In this document: positions 28,051-38,517 of the stretch, piece by piece
How positions within the stretch are numbered: the first letter of the stretch is position 1
Layout of the letters: every line of letters starts with the position of its first letter
NCBI GenBank assembly: GCA_900550495.1
Contig: URSJ01000003.1
Location: forward strand, 18,227-82,226
DNA from: an uncultured Rickettsiales bacterium
GTDB taxonomy: Bacteria > Pseudomonadota > Alphaproteobacteria > Rs-D84
Reading direction: 5' to 3'
DNA length: 64,000 nucleotides
Notes under the pieces: generated by a model
Told to the model about the DNA's origin: nothing
The model's database searches: none
The model's input: only the letters and a program-made list of their open reading frames with translations
Made by a program: the position numbers and the translations under genes

Positions 28051-30363
28051 ATGAAAAGGTTTCTGACATGTTTTGTTGCGTTGGCGTGCTTTTCGCCGGC
28101 GGCGTTTGCCACCGACGGTGCTGTAACGCCATCGCGTTTAATTCCGGGAACAAATGAAAAATCATCGTCGCCTGTGGCAATGTCTAACGGTGTAGATGGG
28201 GTGGGGGGCGTCACGGCAACTGCGACCATGTCTGAGGGCGCATCTCCATCGGTTGTGTCACGTTCCGCGACCAGAACATCAACAAATACCACCACCGCGG
28301 TACGCAGTGGCGCGCGCAGCGTAAATATCCCAGATGCCACCAAAACAACAAGCGGCGCGCGCAGCACGGGCGTTGTGTCGTCGCGTGGTAATGCGGCGTC
28401 GCGCGTTTCGGCCGGCACAGATACCAGTGGAAATAATCGCACGGGGTTGGATGCCGGGGTGAATACCGTCGGGCGCAGTGCCCGCACCGATGCGGCCAGT
28501 ATAAATAATAATCCGGCGGTCCGTCGTGCCGGCGTTGTTTTGCGTCCCACCACGGCCGAGGTTGGCGGTCGCGCCCATATCGCAGGCACTGATGTTCAAA
28601 CCGGTTCAAATATTTCGTTTGGCGCACGCAGTGTGACATCACGCGCGGCGTCCAAGACCGCAACCGCCGAAACAGTCAAAGAGGCCAAAGAACGCCTGGA
28701 ACAAACGGCCAGTCTGAACAAATCGTGCCAAGAACAATATAACGACTGTATGGACCAGTTTTGTGCGGTCATTGATTCTAATCAAAAGCGATGCAGTTGC
28801 AGTGCGAACCTGTCCAAATATACCAAGGTTGAAACCGCGGTCAAAGATGCTAATACCCAGTTGAACGAGGTGGCCCAGCGTATTCGTTATGTTGGTCTGT
28901 CGGCCGACGAAATTCGCGCAATTATGACCGCGACCGAGGCCGAAGATGCACTTAGTGGCACAACAGACACAACCGAAACGCGCAATATGCTGACGGAAAT
29001 AGAAAAGTTGATAAAGGACCCGAAAAGTTCAACGTCATATTCTGACACCTATACTGGGCTGGATATGGACCTGGATTTCACGTCTGATAGTTCGGATTTA
29101 TTTAATCTGGATTTCTTGAATATGAATACGTCCAGTTTTTCAAATCTGCGTGGAACAGAATTATACAGTGCGGCAAAAAAACGTTGCAACACGATATTGA
29201 CTCAGTGTAAAGAAGTTGGGGCAACATCGCAACAAATTACGGGTAACTATGACTTGGCAATTGACAAGGATTGTATCGCGTATGAACAGGGCTTGACCAA
29301 GATGAATGAAACATTGGTGTCCAATGTGCGCAGTGCAAATCGTATGTTGCAAAAGGCGCGTCTGGCTGTGTTGCAAAATAAGAATCAATATGATGCCAAG
29401 GGTTGTATTAGTGCACTGGATACATGTATGACCGATGATATGGTGTGTGGTGAGGATTATTCAAAATGTTTAGATCCGACCAAGACATATATTGATGAAA
29501 ATGGCAAGGTTGTCTTGGGGCAGAATATTACTAATATAACCGCGTTTATGCAAAATTATAATAATGCAAATATAAATACGGAATTTCTAGAAACTGCATC
29601 CGGCGTCAGTATAAATACGGATACGTGCAAGTCATCGCAATATTCCGATGGAACATGCATTGTTAAGTATTTATTAAAGAAAATCGGAACAAAGCAAAAG
29701 GTCACAGACGAGGGGTTATGTCGTGCCGTCTTGGATAAATGCCAGGCATATACATACGATTCCAACGGCAAATACAAGCCATACAATGATGTTGTCGTGA
29801 ATTATGTCCAACGTGCCATGGTCAATGTCAAGGCTGCCCAGCAACAGATTATATCCGATTATGCGTCATCATGTATGGTTGACATCGCATCATGCTATAA
29901 CCAACAGGTAACCCAGGTGAATGCATGGTCATCAACGGCCAGTGTCGCCAGTGTGTATAACGTCATGCGTGGTGCGTGCCGTAACGTTGCATTGACGTGT
30001 GCATATGCTGTATTCGCCAAAGATACGACCAGTTGTCCATCTGGTAATGATGAAATGTGTATCAACAGCATATCGGAAATGTTCTATCAGTCATTGTTAT
30101 GCCCGACAAATTCAATATATCAAGCAACCGAGGGAAGCGTTGGCACAAACGGCTATGTGAACAGCAGATGCAAATGTAATGTTGGCTATGAACCATACAG
30201 TGGTCAGTGTTTGCCAGCGTGCGGTTCAAATGAAACGCGTAATTCATACGGAACATGTGCATGTATTTCTGGCTATTCCAAGGTAAATGGTGTATGTGTC
30301 CAGAATGCATCAGGTGGTTCAACAGGCGAAAGCACATCGGGTGGTTCAACCAGTGGCAGTTAA
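28051..30363 (+). CDS. Secreted protein: Arg/Ser/Thr-rich region + CX6C modules + C-terminal EGF-like Cys module and Gly/Ser tail
   Basis: Signal peptide MKRFLTCFVALACFSPAAFA. R/S/T-rich region at nt 28243-28662. CQEQYNDCMDQFC..KRCSC from nt 28726. C-terminal CKCNVGYEPYSGQC..CACISGYSKVNGVC (~30099-30360). Confidence 0.75.
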   Translation: MKRFLTCFVALACFSPAAFATDGAVTPSRLIPGTNEKSSSPVAMSNGVDGVGGVTATATMSEGASPSVVSRSATRTSTNTTTAVRSGARSVNIPDATKTTSGARSTGVVSSRGNAASRVSAGTDTSGNNRTGLDAGVNTVGRSARTDAASINNNPAVRRAGVVLRPTTAEVGGRAHIAGTDVQTGSNISFGARSVTSRAASKTATAETVKEAKERLEQTASLNKSCQEQYNDCMDQFCAVIDSNQKRCSCSANLSKYTKVETAVKDANTQLNEVAQRIRYVGLSADEIRAIMTATEAEDALSGTTDTTETRNMLTEIEKLIKDPKSSTSYSDTYTGLDMDLDFTSDSSDLFNLDFLNMNTSSFSNLRGTELYSAAKKRCNTILTQCKEVGATSQQITGNYDLAIDKDCIAYEQGLTKMNETLVSNVRSANRMLQKARLAVLQNKNQYDAKGCISALDTCMTDDMVCGEDYSKCLDPTKTYIDENGKVVLGQNITNITAFMQNYNNANINTEFLETASGVSINTDTCKSSQYSDGTCIVKYLLKKIGTKQKVTDEGLCRAVLDKCQAYTYDSNGKYKPYNDVVVNYVQRAMVNVKAAQQQIISDYASSCMVDIASCYNQQVTQVNAWSSTASVASVYNVMRGACRNVALTCAYAVFAKDTTSCPSGNDEMCINSISEMFYQSLLCPTNSIYQATEGSVGTNGYVNSRCKCNVGYEPYSGQCLPACGSNETRNSYGTCACISGYSKVNGVCVQNASGGSTGESTSGGSTSGS

Positions 30364-30365
30364 AT

Positions 30366-30391
30366 AAAAAACGCCCGTTTGGGCGTTTTTT
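30366..30391. terminator. Bidirectional terminator between convergent genes
   Basis: AAAAAACGCCC-GTTT-GGGCGTTTTTT. Confidence 0.8.
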
Positions 30392-31067
30392 ATTTGGTTA
30401 TTTCTTCCATAAATTTATTATGATTTTCCAATTCATCAGCGTGTGCTGGGAATGTGCGACGTGGAAAATCCGCGCCGATTTTCGGGTGCTTTAAAAACGC
30501 GTTGTGTTGTTCTGCGATGACGTCATTTATATCGGGTGCAGGTGCGGTGTTTTCCAATTCCTTGTAGACCTTGGCCAAAATTTCAGCGTCAATCAGTGCA
30601 CCATGTGCGTCGGCACGTGCAGTCAGTGATATGCCATACCATTTTGCCAACGCGTCCAGTGAATAACTTTTGGGGCCAAATACGCGGTTGCGTGCGATGA
30701 CAATAGAGTCCAGTTGTCGGCTGCGCGGAATCTGGGGCAGGTTTAACATTTCCAATTCATGATTTATAAATGGAAAGTCAAAGTCAATTCCATTATGTGC
30801 GACCAGTGGTGCATCGCCAATGAATTCCAAAAATTTTGGCGCAACGACGGACATTTTCGGTTTATCTTCCAAAAACGCATTAGAAATTTTGTGAACCATA
30901 TATGTTTCTGGGGGAATAATCTTACCTTCTGGATTTATATATTCGTGGAAAGTATTATCGGTAATTTGCCCATCAATCATTTCAACTGCGCCAATTTCAA
31001 TACAGCGATCGCCACGCAAATATTCAAAACCTGTTGTTTCAATGTCAAAGCAAATAACGCGCCCCAT
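30390..31067 (-). CDS. dnaQ: DNA polymerase III epsilon subunit (3'-5' exonuclease)
   Basis: Exo I FDIETTG, Exo II VAHNGIDFDFPF, Exo III HGALIDAEILAKVY. Confidence 0.9.
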   Translation of the reverse strand: MGRVICFDIETTGFEYLRGDRCIEIGAVEMIDGQITDNTFHEYINPEGKIIPPETYMVHKISNAFLEDKPKMSVVAPKFLEFIGDAPLVAHNGIDFDFPFINHELEMLNLPQIPRSRQLDSIVIARNRVFGPKSYSLDALAKWYGISLTARADAHGALIDAEILAKVYKELENTAPAPDINDVIAEQHNAFLKHPKIGADFPRRTFPAHADELENHNKFMEEITK

Positions 31068-31101
31068 AATTTTCGTCCCATGGTTAAAATATATTTTTGA
31101 T

Positions 31102-33234
31102 ATGTGTTCGGTGGTGTATTATAATGAATACGTGAATTCAAATCTAGAAAATCTTAATCCTGAACAGAAATTGGCCGTCACCACAACTGATGGGCCGTTG
31201 TTGGTGCTGTCGGGCGCAGGCACGGGCAAGACGCGTGTGTTGACCACGCGTGTGGCGTATATTTTAAACGCGGGGCTGGCTATGCCGTGGCAGGTATTGG
31301 CCCTGACATTTACAAATCGTGCGGCAAACGAAATGAAAACGCGTATTGCCGAGTTTGCAGATAACAATACCACGTGGATTCCGTCAGACCTGTGGTGCGG
31401 GACGTTTCATTCAATTTGTCTGCGTATATTGCGTGCAAATGCGGCGATGGTTGGGTTGCGTCGTGATTTTTTAATATATGGTGAAGATGACCAGAAATCG
31501 TCGATTAAAAGTGCGCTGGTAACACTTGGACTGGACGCGGCGGATTACAAGCCTGCCGATTGGATTGAACGCATATCATCAATAAAGGACAGGGGCTTGC
31601 CTCGCCCTGGGGATATGACTGTTGGTGCGGTTGCACAAAAAATACTGGACGCATATAATGCGGAATTATCACGCCTGGGGGCGGTTGATTTTGGTGACAT
31701 AATATTACACGTATTGCACCTGTTTGATAAAAATCCAGATATTCTGGCGCGATATGCGCGGCAATTTAAATACATTATGGTAGACGAGTTCCAGGATACC
31801 AATCGCGCCCAAATGCAATTTCTGGAAATGCTGACGCGCGACAATGATAATCCGAATATCTGTTGCGTTGGCGATGATGACCAATCAATATACTCGTGGC
31901 GCGGGGCAGAAATAAAAAACATTCTGGGGTTTGAACAAAAATTTAAAAACGCCCAAATAATCCGTCTGGAAACAAACTATCGCAGCACGCCGAATATTCT
32001 GGGCGCGGCAAATTCATTGATACGTCATAATCGCGGTCGCCTGGGCAAGGATTTACGAACTGCCGCCGGCGCAACATCGGGCGAGCCAGTTTATGTTTTA
32101 ACATTGCCGTCTGATTGGGACGAGGTTCGTATTATATCAGACACAATCATGAACAGTGCCGATGGCGCATATTCTGATTTTGCGGTGCTGATTCGCGCAG
32201 GCAGTTTGTCACGTCTGTTCGAAGAAGAATTTACATCGCGCGGTATTCCATACAAATTGGTTGGTGCAACCAAGTTTTATGACCGTGCAGAAATCCGCGA
32301 CGCGATTGCATATTTGCGTTTGTTGGTTTATCCATTTGATGACATGTCATTTATGCGCATAATTGGCAAGCCGCGACGTGGATTTGGGCCGTCTGCATTA
32401 CAGAAATTACGCGACGCAGGTGATAGCCTGATGGCAGGCTTGCGCAATGCGCGTCTGACTGGGAAAATGGACGCATCGCGCGGGGAATTCTTGTCTGCAT
32501 TTGATTTTGATTGGGCGGCCATGCGACCGGCGGACGCGGCCCAGAAATTATTAAACGATGCGGGTTATATTCGATTCTGGCATGAAGCAAAGGACAGCGA
32601 TAAAAACGACCGTCTGGACAATATTCGCGAATTGATAACTAACGTTATTGCAAAGTATGACACGTTGCCAGAATTTTTGGAACACGCGGCACTGATGACG
32701 GCGGACGATAATGATGCCGATGCAACTGTTACTAATGCGGTGTCAATTATGACGATACACGCGGCCAAGGGATTGGAATTTAATACTGTATTTTTGCCCG
32801 CCTGGGAAGAGGGGATATTCCCGAACGACATGTCGGTAACCGATGGCGGATTAGAAGAAGAACGCCGTCTGGCGTACGTTGCAATTACGCGCGCGCGTCG
32901 TCGTGCAATTATTTCAAATGCAATGTCGCGTATGGTGTTTGGCACGCGTCAATATAATTCGCCCAGTCGTTTTATCACCGAAATGGATAATCGCTTTTTG
33001 GATTTCCAGGGTGGCGGTCCGCGCACATTGCGCAGTGCGCCTGCGCCAACGCAAACATATGCGCCCCGTCGCGCACCGATAATTAAAAATAAAAACGCCG
33101 TTGGGCGTTTGGTTGAACACAGTGAAATGGGCCGCGGCGTCGTTATCGAAGATGCGGGTGATATTTTAACCGTTGCATTTCGTCGCACCGGTATAAAAAA
33201 GGTCGCGTCAGGCTATTTGAAATTCGTAGATTAA
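31102..33234 (+). CDS. uvrD: UvrD/PcrA/Rep-family DNA helicase
   Basis: LNPEQKLAV, Walker A GAGTGKT, DEFQDTN, YRST, TIHAAKGLEF, VAITRAR. The start is uncertain: ATG 31102, or in-frame GTG 31132 lying 6 nt after a TATAAT at 31120-25. Confidence 0.9.
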   Translation: MCSVVYYNEYVNSNLENLNPEQKLAVTTTDGPLLVLSGAGTGKTRVLTTRVAYILNAGLAMPWQVLALTFTNRAANEMKTRIAEFADNNTTWIPSDLWCGTFHSICLRILRANAAMVGLRRDFLIYGEDDQKSSIKSALVTLGLDAADYKPADWIERISSIKDRGLPRPGDMTVGAVAQKILDAYNAELSRLGAVDFGDIILHVLHLFDKNPDILARYARQFKYIMVDEFQDTNRAQMQFLEMLTRDNDNPNICCVGDDDQSIYSWRGAEIKNILGFEQKFKNAQIIRLETNYRSTPNILGAANSLIRHNRGRLGKDLRTAAGATSGEPVYVLTLPSDWDEVRIISDTIMNSADGAYSDFAVLIRAGSLSRLFEEEFTSRGIPYKLVGATKFYDRAEIRDAIAYLRLLVYPFDDMSFMRIIGKPRRGFGPSALQKLRDAGDSLMAGLRNARLTGKMDASRGEFLSAFDFDWAAMRPADAAQKLLNDAGYIRFWHEAKDSDKNDRLDNIRELITNVIAKYDTLPEFLEHAALMTADDNDADATVTNAVSIMTIHAAKGLEFNTVFLPAWEEGIFPNDMSVTDGGLEEERRLAYVAITRARRRAIISNAMSRMVFGTRQYNSPSRFITEMDNRFLDFQGGGPRTLRSAPAPTQTYAPRRAPIIKNKNAVGRLVEHSEMGRGVVIEDAGDILTVAFRRTGIKKVASGYLKFVD

Positions 33235-33237
33235 TTG

Positions 33238-34527
33238 TTATTTTTTGTCCCCGCCTTTGCGGATAATTTTATACCACTTGGTGGCGGTATCGGTCACGTT
33301 ATTCAGTAATTTTTTGCCATCTTGTTTAATCTTGTCGCCCATGCTGGCGTCAATACTGCCCCCGATTTTTTTAGCAATTTCGTCGGCTCGATTGGCCAGG
33401 TATGCAACCAACATTGCCGTCAACAGCGTGACAAAGAAATCGCTGTTGTTTATGCTGGGCACATGCGTTGCCAAATCTGCGTCCACAGCGCCCGCCAGCA
33501 GTGCGCCACATACTGCAATCACGATGGATAGCGATACAAAGTAAATTGCTGCGTTTATAAAACGCATTATCTGTGATTGTAATGATTCAACTTTGAACAG
33601 TCCCAGAAAACCATTGTATATTGTGCCAGCAATTCCCTTGTATGAAGTTTTGCCGACTGTTTCGACAACTGCGGTAAATGGCAACATAAACACAGCCAAG
33701 AACAAATCGGCAATAACCCCCAGTGCCATAAATGCAAACTTGAATCCCAAGTACACAAACAATACAACGAATGTCAGGCCTACGACAAATGTGAACATAC
33801 TGTGTCCAATTCCGGCCAGCATCCATTTAAAACCGGCCACCACCGCAGTATAGAAAAATCCAGACAACCGTGTCGGCACACACAGCATATCGGCTGCGGC
33901 ATTTGCGTCAATTGTCATACGCGCTGATGTATGTGCGGTGGCGTATTCACGAATCGCGCCACATGTATCGGGCAGCGATGCACCAGATGCGGCGGCCACC
34001 GCGTTTAATATCAAATCAGACATATACGTGCCAACGGTTACAATTGGCCCCATAACCCACATAAATATCTGACCCGGGCCAAATCGCAATACTATAATCC
34101 ATATCGCAATCAGTGCGCCTTTCTTGACAATTTTTTCGGCCAATTCGCGCACATTTGATTTGGTGGTCATCATCTGGTATGCCTCGAACATAATCCAGAA
34201 CATGTATGCTAAAACAATAAATATAATCATAAAACGCACCAGTGATGTATCCAGTATTTCGCCCACCATGGACAGTGCGTTCATAAATGCCAGACCGGCT
34301 TTAGCCTCAACCGGGACATAATTATCAACTAATTGCACCTTGTGAAATCCGTTTAAATCGCGGGTCAGTTGCCCTGTCAGTATATCTTTGTTATGGTCTG
34401 TTGCCCACGTTCCGTAATCACCAATATCACCAGTTGTTGTAGTATTTGTTGCACTAAATGCAGGCATGACAAACATCAGGGCGCCACACATTATGATTTT
34501 TGTAAAAAATCGCATCAATTTTTTCAT
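33238..34527 (-). CDS. TrbL/VirB6-like polytopic membrane protein, paralogue A
   Basis: Signal peptide ..MFVMPAFSA, at least 6 hydrophobic segments, Cys pair in the central loop (TCGAIREY..MLCVPTR), core motif LAVFMLPFTAVVETVGKT, Lys-rich tail ..RKGGDKK. Confidence 0.6.
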   Translation of the reverse strand: MKKLMRFFTKIIMCGALMFVMPAFSATNTTTTGDIGDYGTWATDHNKDILTGQLTRDLNGFHKVQLVDNYVPVEAKAGLAFMNALSMVGEILDTSLVRFMIIFIVLAYMFWIMFEAYQMMTTKSNVRELAEKIVKKGALIAIWIIVLRFGPGQIFMWVMGPIVTVGTYMSDLILNAVAAASGASLPDTCGAIREYATAHTSARMTIDANAAADMLCVPTRLSGFFYTAVVAGFKWMLAGIGHSMFTFVVGLTFVVLFVYLGFKFAFMALGVIADLFLAVFMLPFTAVVETVGKTSYKGIAGTIYNGFLGLFKVESLQSQIMRFINAAIYFVSLSIVIAVCGALLAGAVDADLATHVPSINNSDFFVTLLTAMLVAYLANRADEIAKKIGGSIDASMGDKIKQDGKKLLNNVTDTATKWYKIIRKGGDKK

Positions 34528-35963
34528 CAGTCTTTCTTTGCCATTGCCTTTGATATTGCGTCAAAAATTTGTTGTGGGGCAGACCAAATTTTTTTACCTA
34601 ACTCTTTGGTCCATGTGCCAAAGTCGAACAATTCGCGCCCATCCTTGCCCAGCATTGCGTCAATTCGTGGCGATACCGCATAGAAATACAACAGGAACAT
34701 AAAGAACATTATCAGCAAGAAATCCCACCCATCGGCCAGAAAATCAAACGCACCCGGATATTGACGTTCAACCATCGCACGCTGTGCGGTAAAGCAATCT
34801 TTGAATTTGTCGGCATCCATTTCGCCGTCGGCCAATCCAACCCGTTCACAGGTTGAAAACACGTTCATCACAGACAGTGTTTGCGCATCTGGGTTTTGGA
34901 CGGTCTGGCCCATAAATGGTGGCATAATCACGCTGTATCCATCGTGGGGACCGGGGAAAAATTCATCGGCGGCAAATGAAACCGTTGCATAGATAATCAA
35001 AACTTTCAGTGAAATCGCAACAATTCGAACCGCCGATTTTACCAGCATATTTATCGCACCACCGACAACGTTACTGGCCAGTTTCCATGTCCCATCAAAC
35101 GCGTATGCCGCGACCAACAGTGGCAAGAATATAATCAGAAATACCAGTTTAAATACAACCGACAAAACCTGGAAAAACAAATCAAATCCGATTATCAAAA
35201 ACATTATGACCAGTGCCAATCCTGCAACCCATGTAAATGCGCCACCGCCCATCCCCAGCCATGCGTAATTCATCATTGCAAATCCGCCCGCCGCCCCGGC
35301 CAGCATAACACTGTTTAAATTTCCCATAACGCACATGAACGGTTGCAATACCGGGTTTAATATATCGCCCGTCGCGGCCGCGTCCATTGCGCCACATTGC
35401 GTTGCGTCGGTCACCCCGGTCGCTGCCATTGATAATTCTGCACCGACATACATCACGGGGGTAATTGTTATGTTTGTTATCGCGCGCAGTGCGGTTGTTC
35501 CGCCCATACCTAAAACACCCAGTACCGCGCCAACCAACATCACGCGCACGCCCTGACGCCATACCTTGTCAAACCAGGCAGAAAATTCCAGCTTTTTGTC
35601 CCCACCGTCCAGCGTGGTCGTTTGCTTTGCCGCGTCAAAAATGTATTGCGCGGTATAAACAAACAGGAAAATTCCAAACCCAATTACCAGCAATATCCAA
35701 ATGTTGTCCAGCATTGCCGTCCAGAACATTTCGGCGGCGTCACTGATTACTGTAAATAATTCGGCAATGTATCCACACATAAAGCAGCCGTTTGCCGCCG
35801 CAATATCGTCAGACGCGCCGATTGCCGACATAAAGTTATCCATGCTGGTATACGTCAATGCCGCCCCGCCAATTGACGATGACAAATACCATATCCCCAA
35901 CCCCAGGGCAATTGCCCACATAACAACACGGATGGCGATAGAAATCAGTTTTGCCTTCATCAT
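34527..35963 (-). CDS. TrbL/VirB6-like polytopic membrane protein, paralogue B
   Basis: N-terminal C-F-M-C motif, loop Cys pair (QCGAM..FMCVMG), core FLIIFLPLLVAAYAFDGTWK that closely resembles my recollection of the VirB6 core (..GPLILVGYIFDRT..), tail ..AMAKKD. The stop overlaps the next start by 1 nt. Confidence 0.65.
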   Translation of the reverse strand: MMKAKLISIAIRVVMWAIALGLGIWYLSSSIGGAALTYTSMDNFMSAIGASDDIAAANGCFMCGYIAELFTVISDAAEMFWTAMLDNIWILLVIGFGIFLFVYTAQYIFDAAKQTTTLDGGDKKLEFSAWFDKVWRQGVRVMLVGAVLGVLGMGGTTALRAITNITITPVMYVGAELSMAATGVTDATQCGAMDAAATGDILNPVLQPFMCVMGNLNSVMLAGAAGGFAMMNYAWLGMGGGAFTWVAGLALVIMFLIIGFDLFFQVLSVVFKLVFLIIFLPLLVAAYAFDGTWKLASNVVGGAINMLVKSAVRIVAISLKVLIIYATVSFAADEFFPGPHDGYSVIMPPFMGQTVQNPDAQTLSVMNVFSTCERVGLADGEMDADKFKDCFTAQRAMVERQYPGAFDFLADGWDFLLIMFFMFLLYFYAVSPRIDAMLGKDGRELFDFGTWTKELGKKIWSAPQQIFDAISKAMAKKD

Positions 35964-37141
35964 TTTTCGTCACCACCCTTGACAATTGTTTTTACGGTCT
36001 TGGCCGCGGTTTCAACAACGCGCCGCGTCAGTGTTTCGGCGTCATTTGCCAATTGGTCGCCCAATTTGTGATCTTCGCCAACGCCAAATGTATCCAGAAC
36101 CATACTTGTAACCTTGGGTATTTGTGCCTGGATAAAATTCAGAACGTAAATCAACACAACACTGCTGGCGATACCCAATTCGGCCAGGTTGTCATCTGAT
36201 AAATCCGCGTCAAAGACATCGCCCGATAATATTACCTGCATTAAATCTGCGCTGGTGGTGCCGTGTGCGGCAAAAAACGTCGCAATCAACACCATAATAA
36301 CAGTGTATGTCAGCACCGCCGACGCCAATGCGATAATTGCATTCATCAGGTTTTTAAATTGTCCTACACCCAAACTGGATCCAATTTTAGACATCCATGA
36401 TGGAACGTCGGACGCGCCCTTGAACGATACCAGCATCAGGGACAATGGGAAAAAGAACGCAAAAAACGTCATAGCGATAATAATGTCGGCAAAGTAAAAA
36501 CAGAAACGACAAAATAATTTGAAAAATCCATACGCCAAATACAGACCCACAAAGAATATGATAATGTGCTTTATCAATGCGCCGATACCCAGTAATGCCT
36601 TCCAGGTGAACGCACTGTCCATCACGGCAATGCCCAGTTTAATAAAGGTCTGGAACTGGGTAATCGTTGTCTTCATCAACAATATAATTTTGTCGCGCAT
36701 TTCTGGACGATAGAATCCCGTGTCGTCCATTTTCATGGGTTGGTATGTAACCTTTTCGTTCACGGTTTCGGTGTCGGTCTGCAACATTGTTTGGGTGTAT
36801 CCGATTGCGATTTCGGTTGCCGGTTCAAACGTGATTTGCGTCATAAATCGCGGCACCATCACGCCCAGGCTCAACAGTGACAACGCCACCAATGAATTTA
36901 TAATAACAGGGCGCACCGACTTTGAATACCATGGGTCGCGCATTCCGCCACGGATATTTTGCCACACGGCATTGATGATAAAGAACGCAAAGAATACACA
37001 AAATAATATGACGCAAAAAATGGTAAATTGTTTATATACCGCACCTGCCGCATATGACACAACTTGAAACAGGCGGTCAAATACCGCGCAGCCCCAACAT
37101 TGGACTGATGTATCCACCAAAGAATTCATCCAGCCGTTCAT
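35960..37141 (-). CDS. TrbL/VirB6-like polytopic membrane protein, paralogue C
   Basis: N-terminus ..CWGCAVFDRLF.. followed by ..NIRGG.., core FFAFFFPLSLMLVSFKG, tail ..VKGGDEK. 4-nt overlaps with both neighbours. Confidence 0.6.
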   Translation of the reverse strand: MNGWMNSLVDTSVQCWGCAVFDRLFQVVSYAAGAVYKQFTIFCVILFCVFFAFFIINAVWQNIRGGMRDPWYSKSVRPVIINSLVALSLLSLGVMVPRFMTQITFEPATEIAIGYTQTMLQTDTETVNEKVTYQPMKMDDTGFYRPEMRDKIILLMKTTITQFQTFIKLGIAVMDSAFTWKALLGIGALIKHIIIFFVGLYLAYGFFKLFCRFCFYFADIIIAMTFFAFFFPLSLMLVSFKGASDVPSWMSKIGSSLGVGQFKNLMNAIIALASAVLTYTVIMVLIATFFAAHGTTSADLMQVILSGDVFDADLSDDNLAELGIASSVVLIYVLNFIQAQIPKVTSMVLDTFGVGEDHKLGDQLANDAETLTRRVVETAAKTVKTIVKGGDEK

Positions 37142-38445
37142 TTCTTTTTAGCCCAGCCTGCTGCGTTAAATATCTTTTTGCCCCAATCCTTGGTTCCATT
37201 CCACAGTGTTTTGCGGTCACTGTTGACCTGTTTATACAGGTTATCCATACCAGAACCTACGTATTTATCCAGTTGCTTGCGCGTCAATTCAAATATGCGC
37301 AACATTACATAGAACGTCAGAATTGATGACAGCCACAGCACAGAATGATTGCCAAATCCCATCGCACTGTGTGCCATCTGAGGCATATTTGTTGATGTCG
37401 CGCTGCCCGCTGCAACGACAAAGACAGAACTAGACCATTGGAACAGAGATTTTATAATTGCCAGATTTATGCACAGGATAAATGCACATGCAATCATCGT
37501 AATAATCAGCTGTTGCAGTGATTTCGTTATCCCAGAAAATGCCGGCCATATGTCAAATATCTTGTCCGGATTTTTCGGCTTTGCGACCCAAATCAATACC
37601 TGGAACGGATACAGAATCAACGCCATGCCGAAATTGAATATCCCCTGAATAATCAACAGTGCCATAAATATATTACTGGACACAAACGTTGTTACCAATA
37701 AAATTCCTGTAATCAAATTAAGAAAATCTTCGCCACCGTGGGGCACCAGTGTAGTCAGCCCGCGCAGGCCCTGTATAATAAAATCGAACCCGCGTTTGAT
37801 AATTTGATTATTTGCGTGCGACAGGTCGGCAACCGGTTGAACCAAGAATTCACACGATTCGCGACTAATCCACTCTTTCTGGACAATCGATTCGGGACAT
37901 TCAACCTTGTCTGTGGTGGCACCGCCGGTGTTGTCATTTATCGTTTCGGTTATCGCGTGTGTGTATAATGACCCAAATTGCAAGAACGGGTTTATCAACC
38001 ATTGTGTTACATACACGGGTCTGATTTGCAACAGAACAACGGCGGCAATCAATGCGCGAAATCCTGGTTGCATAACATTTTTTATAATTGTTTCACCGGT
38101 GACGCCTGACGCCATATTACCGCCACCAGAAAATCCGAAAAAAGAAACCCATACTTTTGGTAAATATAATTTTATTAGATACAGCGCAATCGATACCGCC
38201 AAAAATCCCCAGACCAAAACATATATAATGCCGGTCCCGTTACCGACAAAGAAATCATATCCGCCGGTTGCAATTTGCATCATCGCGTCCAGCACCATTG
38301 GCACCATCGGCGACAGATCCAATGCGTCAACAATTCCGTATTCGGCGTGCGCTGGGAATGGCAATGCAAACAACGCCAGCCCAACCAACATTGGGCATAT
38401 CGCGCGCGACGCGCGAAACAAAAACTGGCGCAGTGACAAATACAT
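37138..38445 (-). CDS. TrbL/VirB6-like polytopic membrane protein, paralogue D (first gene of the minus-strand operon)
   Basis: Signal peptide ..LALFALPFPAHA, loop Cys pair (ECPES..ESCEF), core MALILYPFQVLIWVAKP, tail ..GWAKKK. Confidence 0.55.
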   Translation of the reverse strand: MYLSLRQFLFRASRAICPMLVGLALFALPFPAHAEYGIVDALDLSPMVPMVLDAMMQIATGGYDFFVGNGTGIIYVLVWGFLAVSIALYLIKLYLPKVWVSFFGFSGGGNMASGVTGETIIKNVMQPGFRALIAAVVLLQIRPVYVTQWLINPFLQFGSLYTHAITETINDNTGGATTDKVECPESIVQKEWISRESCEFLVQPVADLSHANNQIIKRGFDFIIQGLRGLTTLVPHGGEDFLNLITGILLVTTFVSSNIFMALLIIQGIFNFGMALILYPFQVLIWVAKPKNPDKIFDIWPAFSGITKSLQQLIITMIACAFILCINLAIIKSLFQWSSSVFVVAAGSATSTNMPQMAHSAMGFGNHSVLWLSSILTFYVMLRIFELTRKQLDKYVGSGMDNLYKQVNSDRKTLWNGTKDWGKKIFNAAGWAKKK

Positions 38446-38476
38446 TACTCTAATTTTATTATAATTTATCTGTTCA

Positions 38477-38510
38477 ATTATATCACATTTGGGACAAAAT
38501 GTGATATACT
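38477..38510. promoter_or_regulatory. Back-to-back divergent extended -10 promoters forming a 12-bp-arm palindrome
   Basis: TATATCACATTT-gggaca-AAATGTGATATA (38479-38508). Minus strand reads TGTGATATAAT (38477-87); plus strand reads TGTGATATACT (38500-10), ending 7 nt before ATG 38518. Confidence 0.55.
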
Positions 38511-38517
38511 TTAAACG

